From IMG/VR virus record IMGVR_UViG_3300042566_000510, positions 1-64,000 of that record: DNA of 64,000 nucleotides. One strand, written 5' to 3'. The notes under the pieces are model-generated. The model saw nothing but the letters and a program-made list of their open reading frames with translations. It did no database searches and had not been told where the DNA came from. Shown here in pieces: positions 45,822-54,915 of the stretch (positions are counted from its first letter, which is position 1; each line of letters begins with the position of its first letter). The translations under genes and the position numbers were made by a program. Source of the stretch: a virus.

Positions 45822-46334
45822 TCAGAAGGGAATGTCGTCGTCCATGTCCTCGAACCCACCGCGGCTTTGCGCTTGGGGTTGCTGACGTGGAGCCGCGTTT
45901 TGTTGCTGGCGAGGCGCGTTGTTGTAGCCGCCGTTGCCTTGTTGGCGTGGAGCCTGCTGCTGACGAGGAGCCGCTTGCTGCTGTCCGCCGTCACCCTGCT
46001 CGCGCCCACCAAGGAGCTGGAGCTGCTCGACGACGATGTCGCAAGTGGGCTTTTCGACGCCATCTTTGTCGGTGTACTTGCCGTACTTCAAGCGGCCTTC
46101 GACGTAGATGGTCTTGCCTTTGGTGATGTACTCGCCGGCGATCTCAGCCAGGCGCTCATAGAACGTGAGGCGGTGCCACTGAGTGTCCTCAATGACTTCG
46201 CCGGACTGCTTGTCTTTGCGCTTGGATGATGTGGCGATGCTGACGTTGGCAACGGCTGCGCCGCTGGGTAGGTATCGAACTTCTGCATCGCGGCCGGCAT
46301 TGCCGATCAGGATGACTTTGTTGACTGATGACAT
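45822..46334 (-). CDS. ssb: Single-stranded DNA-binding protein
   Basis: SVNKVILIGN..T.WHR..KG..IYVEGRL..DDDIPF. Confidence 0.97.
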   Translation of the reverse strand: MSSVNKVILIGNAGRDAEVRYLPSGAAVANVSIATSSKRKDKQSGEVIEDTQWHRLTFYERLAEIAGEYITKGKTIYVEGRLKYGKYTDKDGVEKPTCDIVVEQLQLLGGREQGDGGQQQAAPRQQQAPRQQGNGGYNNAPRQQQNAAPRQQPQAQSRGGFEDMDDDIPF

Positions 46335-46351
46335 TTCGTAGGGGTCTTTCT

Positions 46352-46558
46352 TTAGTAGTACGAGGAGAGCTGGTTGTGCATCGACATGACATCACCCAGT
46401 TTTGGATTGCTTGCGTTCGCGACCTTGCAGGCTTTGACCACGAGCTTCTTGAATGCGACGGCGTTGTCGTATGACCCGCCGTTCACACTTGGTGGTACAC
46501 GCTTGAGCATTTCCTTGATGCGCGAGCGGTAGTAATCGAGTTGTTCCTTGGTGTCCAT
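46352..46558 (-). CDS. Hypothetical protein (possibly leaderless)
   Basis: ATG directly downstream of a -10-like box and an operator. Confidence 0.6.
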   Translation of the reverse strand: MDTKEQLDYYRSRIKEMLKRVPPSVNGGSYDNAVAFKKLVVKACKVANASNPKLGDVMSMHNQLSSYY

Positions 46559-46603
46559 GGTGTTTATTATCGCAACATTTTGTTGGCTGTCGAGCAAAAA
46601 TCT

Positions 46604-46825
46604 TCAATCGACAGCCGTTTGTTGTTTTTTCACGACGCTGCGAGTTGCTTCGTTGTACGCGTCCTTCAGCTTGAGGTAGAACCCGCGCACAGACATCGGC
46701 TCATTGATCACGCGGTCCGCGTTCTTGATACGCGCCAGCACGAGCTCGCGGTCGATGGTTTCCGCGTTGGCTGACATTTCAAACTTGGCCAGCTTTCTGA
46801 GCTGTTTGGCCTTCTTGGCATTCAT
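46604..46825 (-). CDS. Hypothetical protein
   Basis: MNAKKAK.LRK..R..Y..LK family. Confidence 0.7.
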   Translation of the reverse strand: MNAKKAKQLRKLAKFEMSANAETIDRELVLARIKNADRVINEPMSVRGFYLKLKDAYNEATRSVVKKQQTAVD

Positions 46826-46935
46826 GTGTTACTCACTTTCTTTAATGTGGCGCTTACGACATACGCCGACGGTGCCGCCCGGTGACCCCCGGGCCTTCAT
46901 CCCCGCTACGCAGAGATGCCGTCCGATTCAAGCAT

Positions 46936-47211
46936 TCATCGCACGAGCTCAACCTTGTTGGGCAGCACTCGATACTTGTACAGACCGTTGCCGTGATACT
47001 CCTTCTCCACGGTGTGCGCGCCGAAGCGCGGCTTGCGGAGGTGGCGAAGCTGGGCGCTCACGCTTGCCGCTGGATCCCCCGTCTTCTGAGAGATCTCATC
47101 CAGCGTGCGCCATTGCCGGTCGTTCACTGCATTCCACACGCGCAGCAGTTGCCCGGTCAGACGCACGTCATCGCGCATGGGCTGGTAGTCAGATCCGTTG
47201 AAGCGATCCAT
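46936..47211 (-). CDS. Winged-helix small protein
   Basis: W.TL.EI..TGDP.ASVSAQLRHLRKPRFG..V.K..LY.YR. Confidence 0.75.
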   Translation of the reverse strand: MDRFNGSDYQPMRDDVRLTGQLLRVWNAVNDRQWRTLDEISQKTGDPAASVSAQLRHLRKPRFGAHTVEKEYHGNGLYKYRVLPNKVELVR

Positions 47212-47214
47212 GGC

Positions 47215-48180
47215 TTAGTCCTTGTACGAAAGTGAAATTGATTTGAATGACCAATTTGAATTAATACTGCGCACCACCACACCTTCGCCCTGCTTGCCGT
47301 TCTCATACACGACGGCATCGGCAAGCATGCGCAGCTGATCGGCGTCGACGTACCCATGGCCAGACGCAGAGATCTCGGCCATAGGAATGCCCAGCGAATC
47401 GCAGAAGTGAACCAGCGCACCGAAGTGGCAGCGCTCGCGGCGATTGATGTCATACAGCGTGAAGGCGCGAATCTCGAGGTCGTCGTAGCCGCATGGGTTG
47501 CCTTGGATACCCGGGCCGCAAACCTCAAACTGAAGGGCAAATCCCGACGTCATCAGGTCTAGGTCGAACTTGCGAGCGGCCTGCCAGTACACGTTGCTTG
47601 CGCCGCTGTCTGAGAACTCCTTGAGCTCAAGGTTGCGGCTGCACACATGCAGCTCACCCTCGTCGTCGACCCATGCCGTGCAGCTCGTGCCGTCGTACTT
47701 GACGGTGGCGACCCAATCCCAGCCGAGCATGAGCTCGCGCAGGTCGCGAACGCGCTGGAAGTTGGGCTCGTCAGTCTTGGGGATGAAGCTGGGGAAGTTG
47801 CCGCGGACCTCTCCGGCAATCTGTGCTGACACAGGCTTCTCGTACTTGGTGACACCTAGCACGTCGCCGACTTCAAAGCCCGGCTCCAGGTTGGCCTCAA
47901 TGCCAACAGCAGGAATGATCAAGCACTCGCTCGGCACGCCCTTGAAACGGGCCATGCGCACGCGCCACTTGCTCTTCTCCATGAATGCCCAGCGCGGATT
48001 ATCCGTGGGCAGTAGAGCGTCCTGCAGGAAGACGACAACCGCATCGCCTTCGTTGATCTCCTTGCTGACAACGCCGGACCATGAGCCCTCGTCGCCACAG
48101 TCGACCTGCGCCTGCTGAATACGGTCTGCACCGTCGATTGGTTTGATGGCCGATACGCGGCCTGCTACTGCGAGTTTCAT
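47215..48180 (-). CDS. ATP-dependent RNA ligase (DRB0094/Rnl5-like)
   Basis: N-terminal OB-like segment (I.GADRI), FPSFIPKTDE, motif I KYDGTS, CSRN, QFEVCGPGIQGN, EGVV, FKSI. Confidence 0.88.
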   Translation of the reverse strand: MKLAVAGRVSAIKPIDGADRIQQAQVDCGDEGSWSGVVSKEINEGDAVVVFLQDALLPTDNPRWAFMEKSKWRVRMARFKGVPSECLIIPAVGIEANLEPGFEVGDVLGVTKYEKPVSAQIAGEVRGNFPSFIPKTDEPNFQRVRDLRELMLGWDWVATVKYDGTSCTAWVDDEGELHVCSRNLELKEFSDSGASNVYWQAARKFDLDLMTSGFALQFEVCGPGIQGNPCGYDDLEIRAFTLYDINRRERCHFGALVHFCDSLGIPMAEISASGHGYVDADQLRMLADAVVYENGKQGEGVVVRSINSNWSFKSISLSYKD

Positions 48181-48190
48181 GGTGTCGCCC

Positions 48191-48490
48191 TTAAACGAAT
48201 TGCTTTACGATCCAGCCAAGGCCGACAGCGACCAACGGCCCAACCACCGGGGCGATCAGCTTTTCGTGCCACCCGAGGTTATCGTCCTCTTTCTTGGTCT
48301 TGCTGAAGCGCAATGCTCCGAGTGTCAGACCAATACCGATCGCAAGCGGGATGCTGATCTCTCGACCCCCAAGCGGGACGATGAACCATCCCCACAGCGT
48401 GGATACCGCCCACCCGTATTCGATGAGTAATCCCGCGAGGGCTGCCAATACCGCGAGGGTGATGATGGTGTAAAGAAATGCTTTTTTCAT
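48191..48490 (-). CDS. Membrane protein
   Basis: Several hydrophobic segments; LW.WFIVP motif. Confidence 0.7.
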   Translation of the reverse strand: MKKAFLYTIITLAVLAALAGLLIEYGWAVSTLWGWFIVPLGGREISIPLAIGIGLTLGALRFSKTKKEDDNLGWHEKLIAPVVGPLVAVGLGWIVKQFV

Positions 48491-49155
48491 GCTGTTGCTC
48501 TTTCTGCTTCTGCTGCTTTTTTTGCTGCTAGTTTCTGAATCTCCTTGACGGTGACATTCACCTCTGCAAGGAACTTACTCACGCCGGCGTCGAGCTCGGC
48601 AATGATCTTGTCGTCCCAGTGGACGCGGCTGATGTGTAGCTGGAGCGACTCTGGCATGTCTTCGCAGTACGACACAAAGTCATTCCAGCGGCGACCTGAG
48701 ACCCACATCTCGCCGTACACCTGCCATTTGTATTCGGTTGGTGGCATACCGTCCGGCAGGTTTAGGTACTCCCAGTGAATCGCTGGGATTGGGCACTTGA
48801 ACTCAACCATTCCATCGCTGCCAACGAGACCATCTGGAGACACGCCGGCAGCTAGGAACTTGTGCTTGATGAAGTCAATCTCTTCAACGATGGCGCCGGT
48901 GATGGATTCGTACCGCATGCGTGCAATGGGTTCAAGCTCCTTGCCGCGCTCAGTGTGCTTGTTGCCGGTGAAGCCGTCGGAGATCACCTTGCCGTTGTAA
49001 ATCTCCAGCGCTATGCGCATGCGGTAATTGCGACGCATCGTGGACTCTGCGTTGCCTTTACCCTGGGCCATGACGTCAGCGAAGTGACTGCCGGTGGCTC
49101 GTCCGCGGCGCAGCTCAAACCACTCTGGTGAGCCTTGGGTGATGATGTCGGTCAT
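48487..49155 (-). CDS. YqaJ/lambda-exonuclease-family exonuclease
   Basis: QGSPEW..R.G..T.S; G.ELEP.AR; SPDGL; EFKCP; Y.WQV. Confidence 0.92.
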   Translation of the reverse strand: MTDIITQGSPEWFELRRGRATGSHFADVMAQGKGNAESTMRRNYRMRIALEIYNGKVISDGFTGNKHTERGKELEPIARMRYESITGAIVEEIDFIKHKFLAAGVSPDGLVGSDGMVEFKCPIPAIHWEYLNLPDGMPPTEYKWQVYGEMWVSGRRWNDFVSYCEDMPESLQLHISRVHWDDKIIAELDAGVSKFLAEVNVTVKEIQKLAAKKAAEAERATA

Positions 49156-49529
49156 GCGACCTCCTTGTCGGTGATGAATGACAGATCGAAGCCGCGAGCG
49201 AAGAACCCGTACTTCTTTTCGATAGCAGCCTCGATCTCTTTCTTGATCGTGGCGGCGCGCTTAGTCCTCTCGGTGTAGAGCCTGTACGTGACACGGGTGC
49301 CGTACACGCTGTCGTTCGCGTTGAGGCGGATGCTGGGCTTTTCAAGGCATACGTCCCAGTCGCACTTCTCCTTGCGGATCGATGTGAATGCGTAGTCGTC
49401 AATTGCGATGTACCTCTCGTTCTCGCCAATGACGTTGAACTCCCGGGCTTCAAACTTCTTGTCGGAGCCAAAGACCCCTGGACTGGAAGGATCGGCGACC
49501 TCGACGCAGTAGTAGTTGATCTTCTTCAT
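49152..49529 (-). CDS. Hypothetical protein between recT and the exonuclease
   Basis: Coupled on both sides. Confidence 0.65.
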   Translation of the reverse strand: MKKINYYCVEVADPSSPGVFGSDKKFEAREFNVIGENERYIAIDDYAFTSIRKEKCDWDVCLEKPSIRLNANDSVYGTRVTYRLYTERTKRAATIKKEIEAAIEKKYGFFARGFDLSFITDKEVA

Positions 49530-50485
49530 CCCGCGCTGCCTTCCTTGACTTCAGCGTCGACAGCGCTGGCCTTGCTCTCCAAGAACGCCTTGCGTGCGTT
49601 GACCACATCCTTGAAAGCTGCGTAGCCATCGCGGTCCTTGGCCTTTGAGGCGGCGTCTGTACCAGTGCGCCATACGCCGCTCAGCTCTTCCAGCGTCTGC
49701 GCCTTGTTGGCCTTCTCGATCCATGCCGTACGGTCGAAGATCGGCTTGTCTGAACCGGCTGCCGGTGCAGCGTTGCGCTGGTTGATCTCGTGCAGACCTT
49801 CCTCGCCATCCGTGTTGAGGTGGTGGATGGCCTCGTCCAAGCGATCGGTCTTTGGCCAGGTTTTGTAGGCGCGTTTGATGACCGTCTTCTTGGCCATCTC
49901 AGCCCAGTCCGTCACCCATGGGCAGGACTTCTGCTTGTTGATCCATGCCTTCCAAGCGCTCGAGCGGTCACGAATGTCGTTGACATCGCCGACACTCATG
50001 GCCTCAGTCAGGTAGTCGCCGTCCGCGGTCTTGACCACCACGTACACACCGACCGGCTCGCCGCGGTCTTTGCTGAAGGGGTTGAACTGGTGCTCTGGCG
50101 GTTTATCAAAACCATTCAATGCGAAGCCGTCATTCGCGTAAACCACTGCAGCCTTGGCCCATTTGATTGAGCCTGTGGCGGTTGCCAGGTCGATCAACCC
50201 CATGTACGAGATGTCGAGGCAAATCTTGCCGTCGCGTGGCACCAGGTACGCCTGCTTCTTCGCCGGGTTCAGCGAGATGCCAATCGCGGCCACGTTGGTC
50301 ACGGCGTTGATGACGGACTGGCGATTGCCCGTGGCGAGCTTCAGCGCGTAATCGTTCTGCTGGAGAACCTGGATCGCGAACTCAGCCTCACGGTCGAAGT
50401 TGATGTTGCGATCAGATAGGACGGCATCGAACGCATCGCGTGCGCCGTAGATGTCGCCGGTGATCAGTGCGAGTGCGTTGCTCAT
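49526..50485 (-). CDS. recT: RecT-family single-strand annealing protein
   Basis: GISLNP..AYLVP; ISYMGL; PW.TD..EMAKKTVIKR. Confidence 0.92.
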   Translation of the reverse strand: MSNALALITGDIYGARDAFDAVLSDRNINFDREAEFAIQVLQQNDYALKLATGNRQSVINAVTNVAAIGISLNPAKKQAYLVPRDGKICLDISYMGLIDLATATGSIKWAKAAVVYANDGFALNGFDKPPEHQFNPFSKDRGEPVGVYVVVKTADGDYLTEAMSVGDVNDIRDRSSAWKAWINKQKSCPWVTDWAEMAKKTVIKRAYKTWPKTDRLDEAIHHLNTDGEEGLHEINQRNAAPAAGSDKPIFDRTAWIEKANKAQTLEELSGVWRTGTDAASKAKDRDGYAAFKDVVNARKAFLESKASAVDAEVKEGSAG

Positions 50486-51666
50486 GCGGCCACCTTTTGA
50501 TTTTCGGACAGGGTTGCGGCGGCGCGCAGGATGTACTGCTCGGCCTCCTCGGGGCCGATGTCGAAGGCTTCAGCCACGATTGCAACAACGGACGAGGCGT
50601 GAGCCAGCTCAGCGTCTTCGCAAGCGCGGGCCTCGGCAGCTTCACGCTCAGCGCGCTCTGCGGCGGCCTTGGCTTCTTGCTCGCGGCGGGCGGCCTCTTC
50701 GGCTTCGCGCTGCGCCTTGATCTGAGCGTCAATAGCTGCCTGCTTCTCAGCCAGCTCCTTGGCTTGCTCATGCAGCAGAGCCTGGGCTGCATTCTTCTCA
50801 GCCTCAAAGGCGTCTTGCTGTTGCTTCTGGAAAGCTTCACGCTCGGCAGCCTCGCGGCGCGCCTTGGCGTTGGCTTCGTCGATTGCAGCTTGAGCCTTGA
50901 GCGCAGCCTCTGCTGCTGTGCGTGCGACAGCGGCTTCCTGCTCCTGGCGTTGACGCTCAAGCTCGGCGGCTTGTGCGGCTTGCTCGGCGCGGATACGGTC
51001 CAGCTCGGCACGCTCAGCGGCCAGGCGTGCGGCTTCTTCTTCGCGAGCAACGGCCGCGGCCAGCAACTCATTCAGCTTGGCCAGCGATGTGGTGTATGCG
51101 TTCTCGGCGTGAGGGCGGTATTCCTCAAATGACTCATCAATCTTGGTCACCTCGAGCCCAAATATAGCGCTCTTGATTTCGGCCGGCTTCATCGTGGCGC
51201 ACTGCAATGGCAGGTTGGCAATAGCGTCAATGCGAGCACGCAGCGCGTCCACGCGCTTTTGCTCAGCAGCAACCTTCTCCGCTTTAATGCGCTCTTGCTC
51301 AGCGTCCCATGCGTCGCGAACTTTGAAGAGACGGTCTTCTTCCTTCTCAATGATTCCGATCAGGCGGTTCTCTTCGGCGATCACAGCCTTGGCAAACTTG
51401 GTGGCGTCGTCGCGCGCAGTCTTCGATACCTTCTGAATCGTGGTGCGCGCTTTCTGCAGCTCCATTGCTGCGCCGTGCGCCTGCTCGCGGCCAGCCTTGT
51501 CCTTCACGAGGACGATGTCCTTGTGCTTGGTAGCAAGCTCCTTGAGGTGCTCTTCGGTCTTGGTGCTGTTCAGTGCAAGCGCGGCGCGCTCCTCGACCGG
51601 CACGAGGGCGGTTGACTGCTGAACGTCTGAATCCGCGGCGGCCGCGGTGGTTGATGTGTCTGTCAT
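50482..51666 (-). CDS. Long coiled-coil protein
   Basis: Ala/Glu-rich heptads; first gene after a promoter; AGGAG RBS. Confidence 0.75.
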   Translation of the reverse strand: MTDTSTTAAAADSDVQQSTALVPVEERAALALNSTKTEEHLKELATKHKDIVLVKDKAGREQAHGAAMELQKARTTIQKVSKTARDDATKFAKAVIAEENRLIGIIEKEEDRLFKVRDAWDAEQERIKAEKVAAEQKRVDALRARIDAIANLPLQCATMKPAEIKSAIFGLEVTKIDESFEEYRPHAENAYTTSLAKLNELLAAAVAREEEAARLAAERAELDRIRAEQAAQAAELERQRQEQEAAVARTAAEAALKAQAAIDEANAKARREAAEREAFQKQQQDAFEAEKNAAQALLHEQAKELAEKQAAIDAQIKAQREAEEAARREQEAKAAAERAEREAAEARACEDAELAHASSVVAIVAEAFDIGPEEAEQYILRAAATLSENQKVAA

Positions 51667-51699
51667 AAATGCTCCTAGAGGTTTGAAAAAATATCTGCA

Positions 51700-51741
51700 G
51701 AACAGATGGTTGGATTATGCAACATTTTGTTGGCGCGTCAA
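51700..51741 (-). promoter_or_regulatory. Leftward promoter with two operators
   Basis: TTGACG-16-CATAAT on the - strand; boxes at 51700-51712 and 51720-51732. Confidence 0.65.
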
Positions 51742-51742
51742 C

Positions 51743-51778
51743 AAAAAAATAAAGCCCGAGCGATTCGCTGGGTTATTT
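51743..51778 (-). terminator. Probable intrinsic terminator
   Basis: - strand CCCAGCGAATCGCTCGGG hairpin followed by CTTTATTTTTTT. Confidence 0.5.
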
Positions 51779-51973
51779 GATTCGCAGAGGGATGACGCGC
51801 GACTTGACTGCATCAAGCTCAGCTTGCAGGCGGTTGATCTCGTCGACGGCGTCTTGCAGATTGAAGGCGACCTTGTACATCACCTCGCGCATCTCCTGCT
51901 CATAGGTAGCGCGTGCCGCGTTCATCGTCGCGTCGGCGCGCACTTGTAGCTTGGCTGCAACAGGGTTCGTCAT
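51773..51973 (-). CDS. Hypothetical protein
   Basis: GGAGG RBS, coupled start. Confidence 0.65.
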   Translation of the reverse strand: MTNPVAAKLQVRADATMNAARATYEQEMREVMYKVAFNLQDAVDEINRLQAELDAVKSRVIPLRIK

Positions 51974-52194
51974 GACATGGCCTCCCCATCGGTGGCGAAG
52001 TCAATTGCCTCGATCATCATCCAGAACCCACGTATCTCGCTGGCCACCAGCGTCCATGCCGGGCTGTACATCAGCACCGCCGGCACGTAGCCCATTGAGG
52101 TGGGTGGCGCCGCGTGTGAGACGCGCCTGTCTGGGTCAATGCCGCGGAGCTCACAGAGTTTGCGCGCGGCTTTTTCGATTTGTTCTTCGGTCAT
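51970..52194 (-). CDS. Hypothetical protein
   Basis: Coupled ORF; IE.AAR.LC..G.DPD motif. Confidence 0.65.
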   Translation of the reverse strand: MTEEQIEKAARKLCELRGIDPDRRVSHAAPPTSMGYVPAVLMYSPAWTLVASEIRGFWMMIEAIDFATDGEAMS

Positions 52195-52625
52195 AGATCA
52201 TCCTTTAATTCATGTTGCTTGAAAATGTAATGACCGCCGCGGCGCGACTGCACCCAGGTCAAACCCCAGGCCATCGAGTTGCTTTTCAATGCGTGGATGA
52301 TTGACTCGTTGCCAGACCATCCTGCAGTCGAGATGAAGTACAGCTTGCCGCCATCCTTGTCGTAATCGTCGTCCTTCTCGTCGAGATCATTGGCGTCTAC
52401 CTCGGCCCAGCCCCAGCTACGCAGGTGCCAGATGTCCTTGATGAACTCGAGCAGGCCCGTGGTATCGAGCCAGTGCCATTTCTCAATGAGCTCGAGGGCA
52501 GCGTCGGTTGGATAGCCGTCGTCGTCAGTCAGCTCCTCCTGCATTAGGCGAGCCTTGAGCTCGGCCCATGCAGCCTTGTCAGCCTCGAGCTTACGACTCA
52601 TTTCTTCATGGTCGAATCGCTTCAT
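52191..52625 (-). CDS. Conserved phage hypothetical protein
   Basis: DGYPT..W..STAGWSGNESII.AL..W..SRRGGHY family. Confidence 0.75.
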   Translation of the reverse strand: MKRFDHEEMSRKLEADKAAWAELKARLMQEELTDDDGYPTDAALELIEKWHWLDTTGLLEFIKDIWHLRSWGWAEVDANDLDEKDDDYDKDGGKLYFISTAGWSGNESIIHALKSNSMAWGLTWVQSRRGGHYIFKQHELKDDL

Positions 52626-52903
52626 TGATCAACACCCTCTGGGTCCGGCTTGTAGATCGTGTTGAGTGTCTCAAAGCTGCCGTCGTCATTGCGCTTTTGC
52701 ACAGCGCTTGTGCGCACCGGTAGCGTGCCCAGGTAAGGGTGATCAATCGCGCTCACGTACGCGACGGTGTACTTACTCCCGACGTCGAAGTGAGCCTCTC
52801 CCGAAAAATACACAACAGGCTTGTTATGTTGATTTTTGTCCGAAATGTGTACACGTTCTTCGGACGTGTCGCCGGCATCGACATGTTGGTTTTCCATGAT
52901 CAA
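52622..52903 (-). CDS. Hypothetical protein
   Basis: DHP.LG..VRTS.V..FETLNTIY motif. Confidence 0.7.
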   Translation of the reverse strand: MIMENQHVDAGDTSEERVHISDKNQHNKPVVYFSGEAHFDVGSKYTVAYVSAIDHPYLGTLPVRTSAVQKRNDDGSFETLNTIYKPDPEGVDQ

Positions 52904-53334
52904 ATCTTTCTCCTCCAGTAGAGGGAGGTCTCCAACCCATACGGGCTGCTTGGCTCATACATCTTGAAGCCGCAGGCGATGAGCGAGTTCGCCGAGGCTG
53001 GATTTTCTGAGGTGTCCGACAAGAGCCACTTGTAGCCAAGCTGCTTGGCCTTTGTGATTCGCACACGGATGAGCCGTTTCTGCAGCCCTTGCCCCTGGTG
53101 CTGCTCAAGCACTCCGGCGCGGGATAGGTAGCCCGTCTCCTGCCAGCGTCTGCTGGGCACCATGCCGGCGTATCCGATCGGAATGCCTGCGTCGGTATAG
53201 CAAAGCCACCACCACCCCTCGCTGGGCTTTTGCGGCACGTCGTACGGCAGCGTCTGCAACTGCAGGCGGGCGATGATTGCCCAGATCTCTGGGTCTTTGG
53301 GGTTGACTTGGCGCACTACATATTTCACGGCCAA
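52900..53334 (-). CDS. GNAT-family acetyltransferase
   Basis: YLSRAGV..QGQGLQKRLI; N.AS.N.L..CGF. Confidence 0.88.
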   Translation of the reverse strand: MAVKYVVRQVNPKDPEIWAIIARLQLQTLPYDVPQKPSEGWWWLCYTDAGIPIGYAGMVPSRRWQETGYLSRAGVLEQHQGQGLQKRLIRVRITKAKQLGYKWLLSDTSENPASANSLIACGFKMYEPSSPYGLETSLYWRRKI

Positions 53335-53337
53335 GCC

Positions 53338-53748
53338 TTACATCAATCCGCTCCACGGGTTGGCCAGCTTTGATGTTGGTCGCTTCCCTGTTTTGCTGAA
53401 CCCAAACTTCTCCATCATCTTCGGGGCGGTGTAGTAGTACGTCATGTGAACGCTCTGCCCGAACTTGATCGCAATGTCATTGCAGGTCACGCCCTTCGCC
53501 CTGAGCTCGCACATTTGCTTGGCAATCTTCTGGCGCCCGGCAACAAGCGTCTTCCACTCGCCCGTCTGGCGCTGCTCCCATTTGGCAATGTCGCTCTTGG
53601 CGTAGCTGAATGCTCCTGGCGGGAGCTCTCGCGTGGTGAATCGGTGACCGCAATCGCCGCACGCGCGGCGCCTCGAGATGATGCCCGTGTCAGCTGTTCG
53701 GGTTGATAGCACGCTACTGTCAGGCGCGTGGCACTTCGGGCACTTCAC
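53338..53748 (-). CDS. NrdR-like N-terminal zinc ribbon plus HTH protein
   Basis: MKCPKC..S.V..TR..RRR.C..CGHRFTT.E; no ATP cone, HTH-like C-terminus. Confidence 0.75.
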   Translation of the reverse strand: MKCPKCHAPDSSVLSTRTADTGIISRRRACGDCGHRFTTRELPPGAFSYAKSDIAKWEQRQTGEWKTLVAGRQKIAKQMCELRAKGVTCNDIAIKFGQSVHMTYYYTAPKMMEKFGFSKTGKRPTSKLANPWSGLM

Positions 53749-53891
53749 TGCCCATCAAACTGCTGCTTGCAGTTCGCCTCGCACTCACACACGCAGCCGT
53801 TGCGGCCACTCATCACACATAGCGAGAGCACGAAAACTCCCGCGGTAGCCCCTACGATTAGGGCAAATACAAGCCATAGCCAATGAACCAT
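53745..53891 (-). CDS. 48-aa membrane peptide with Cys-rich tail (not in ORF track)
   Basis: AGGAGG RBS; MVHWLWLVFALIVGATAGVFVLSLC..; first gene after a promoter. Confidence 0.6.
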   Translation of the reverse strand: MVHWLWLVFALIVGATAGVFVLSLCVMSGRNGCVCECEANCKQQFDGQ

Positions 53892-53915
53892 TTGAACCTC
53901 CTAAGTTGTGCGCTT

Positions 53916-53954
53916 ATTATGCCAACAGTTTGTTGACTGCACAACGTATTGTTG
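53916..53954 (-). promoter_or_regulatory. Leftward promoter with tandem operators
   Basis: TTGTGC-17-CATAAT on the - strand; CAAC-N5-GTTG at 53923-53935 and 53942-53954. Confidence 0.65.
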
Positions 53955-53966
53955 CTGTCGTGCGAC

Positions 53967-53997
53967 AAAAAAAAGAGCCCGCCGAAGCGAGCTCTTT
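53967..53997 (-). terminator. Intrinsic terminator closing the non-coding RNA unit
   Basis: - strand GAGCTCGC-TTCG-GCGGGCTC followed by T8. Confidence 0.85.
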
Positions 53998-54176
53998 GCG
54001 CGTTCCCTGCATTCGTCCCTGGATGAAGACCGGAGGCCCAAGTTTCGATGGCATGCGGGGCTGGTCCCTAGTGCGCTATCTAGGGTCAAGGTCGCCTCTT
54101 GTGTCGTCTGTTGGTGGCTCCGTTAATTTTTGAGCGCGGGCTCCGACGGAACAGCGGAGGTAGAACAATATTCACA

Positions 54177-54283
54177 CCAACACGACTGAGGACTGCCGCG
54201 AATTCCCTCCGCAAGGCGGATTAACTGCCTCGCCAGACAGTGTTTCGCAATCCTCATGCGTGTTGGCCCGGGAGCTACCCGGG
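54177..54283 (-). ncRNA. Structured RNA module (long closing stem plus upstream hairpin)
   Basis: CCAACACG..TGAGGATTG pairs with CAGTCCTCAG..CGTGTTGG; preceded by a CCCGGG/CCCGGG hairpin. Confidence 0.6.
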
Positions 54284-54427
54284 TACTACGCCACGTCTCT
54301 CCGTGATGTCTCTGCCTTTTCCGACCAAGCGCAGCAGTTTGGCTTTCGTTTCGTTCGAGTTTCGACTATCGGCCTCTACTCCAGCCTCTCGTAGCGGCAG
54401 GTGACGTGATGACACTTGTACTTCGCG

Positions 54428-54564
54428 CCATCAAGTCTTTGCACGCTGTCTGCAGTTACTGCTAGACACCATCCCTCGCATGAAAAATTACCCATGCCAA
54501 TTGCGTTTGCAACCGCAGTTCAGGCGACATGCAAAGACTTGATAGTCCCCGTCTTCCCGGGGTG
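54428..54564 (-). ncRNA. Structured RNA module with a 14-bp closing stem
   Basis: ATCAAGTCTTTGCA/TGCAAAGACTTGAT perfect stem; preceded by a CCCCG/CGGGG hairpin. Confidence 0.6.
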
Positions 54565-54713
54565 CCAGAGACCTGTTGGCCGGTGCTCCTCGCGCTCTAG
54601 TGATATGGCCCAATTGCAAAGCCCGCCCCAGGACAGGTCGCCTGGCGAGTGACACCCTTCATGGACATTTAGAGGCCGTCTTGAAGGATGAAGTCATCCA
54701 GCCTTTTTTTTGT

Positions 54714-54802
54714 TGATGGTGGCCTGTACTGATCTCAGGCTTTTCGTTAGGCGGCAATGCGGCCTGTTCGCTTGGGCGCATCAGCCTGCGCATTCACCAT
54801 CA
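54714..54802 (-). ncRNA. C4-type antisense RNA
   Basis: TGATGGTG-AAT-GCGCAGGCTGATGCGC-variable-GCCTGAGATCAGTACAGGC-CACCATCA; matches the C4 antisense RNA motif consensus as I recall it. Confidence 0.75.
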
Positions 54803-54915
54803 CATCAGCGGGCCGGGCTTGATTCCGGCTATCGACTTGTCAAAATCCCAAAGTGCAGAGTCGTACGTACTCGGGGATCTCTCTGTGCGTGCCCTTCCAC
54901 GCCGCCGCTGATGTG
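54801..54915 (-). ncRNA. tRNA-like RNA module with an enlarged central region
   Basis: 11-bp closing stem CACATCAGCGG/CCGCTGATGTG, D-like arm GCGTG-GAAGGG-CACGC, T-like arm GCCGG-AATCAAGC-CCGGC. Confidence 0.6.

Noticed and set aside
53338-53748. Calling this gene nrdR
   Set aside because: Only the N-terminal zinc ribbon matches; the ATP-cone domain is absent.
54801-54915. Canonical tRNA gene
   Set aside because: The closing stem is 11 bp, the T loop is not TTCRA, and there is no standard anticodon arm or CCA; kept as tRNA-like only.
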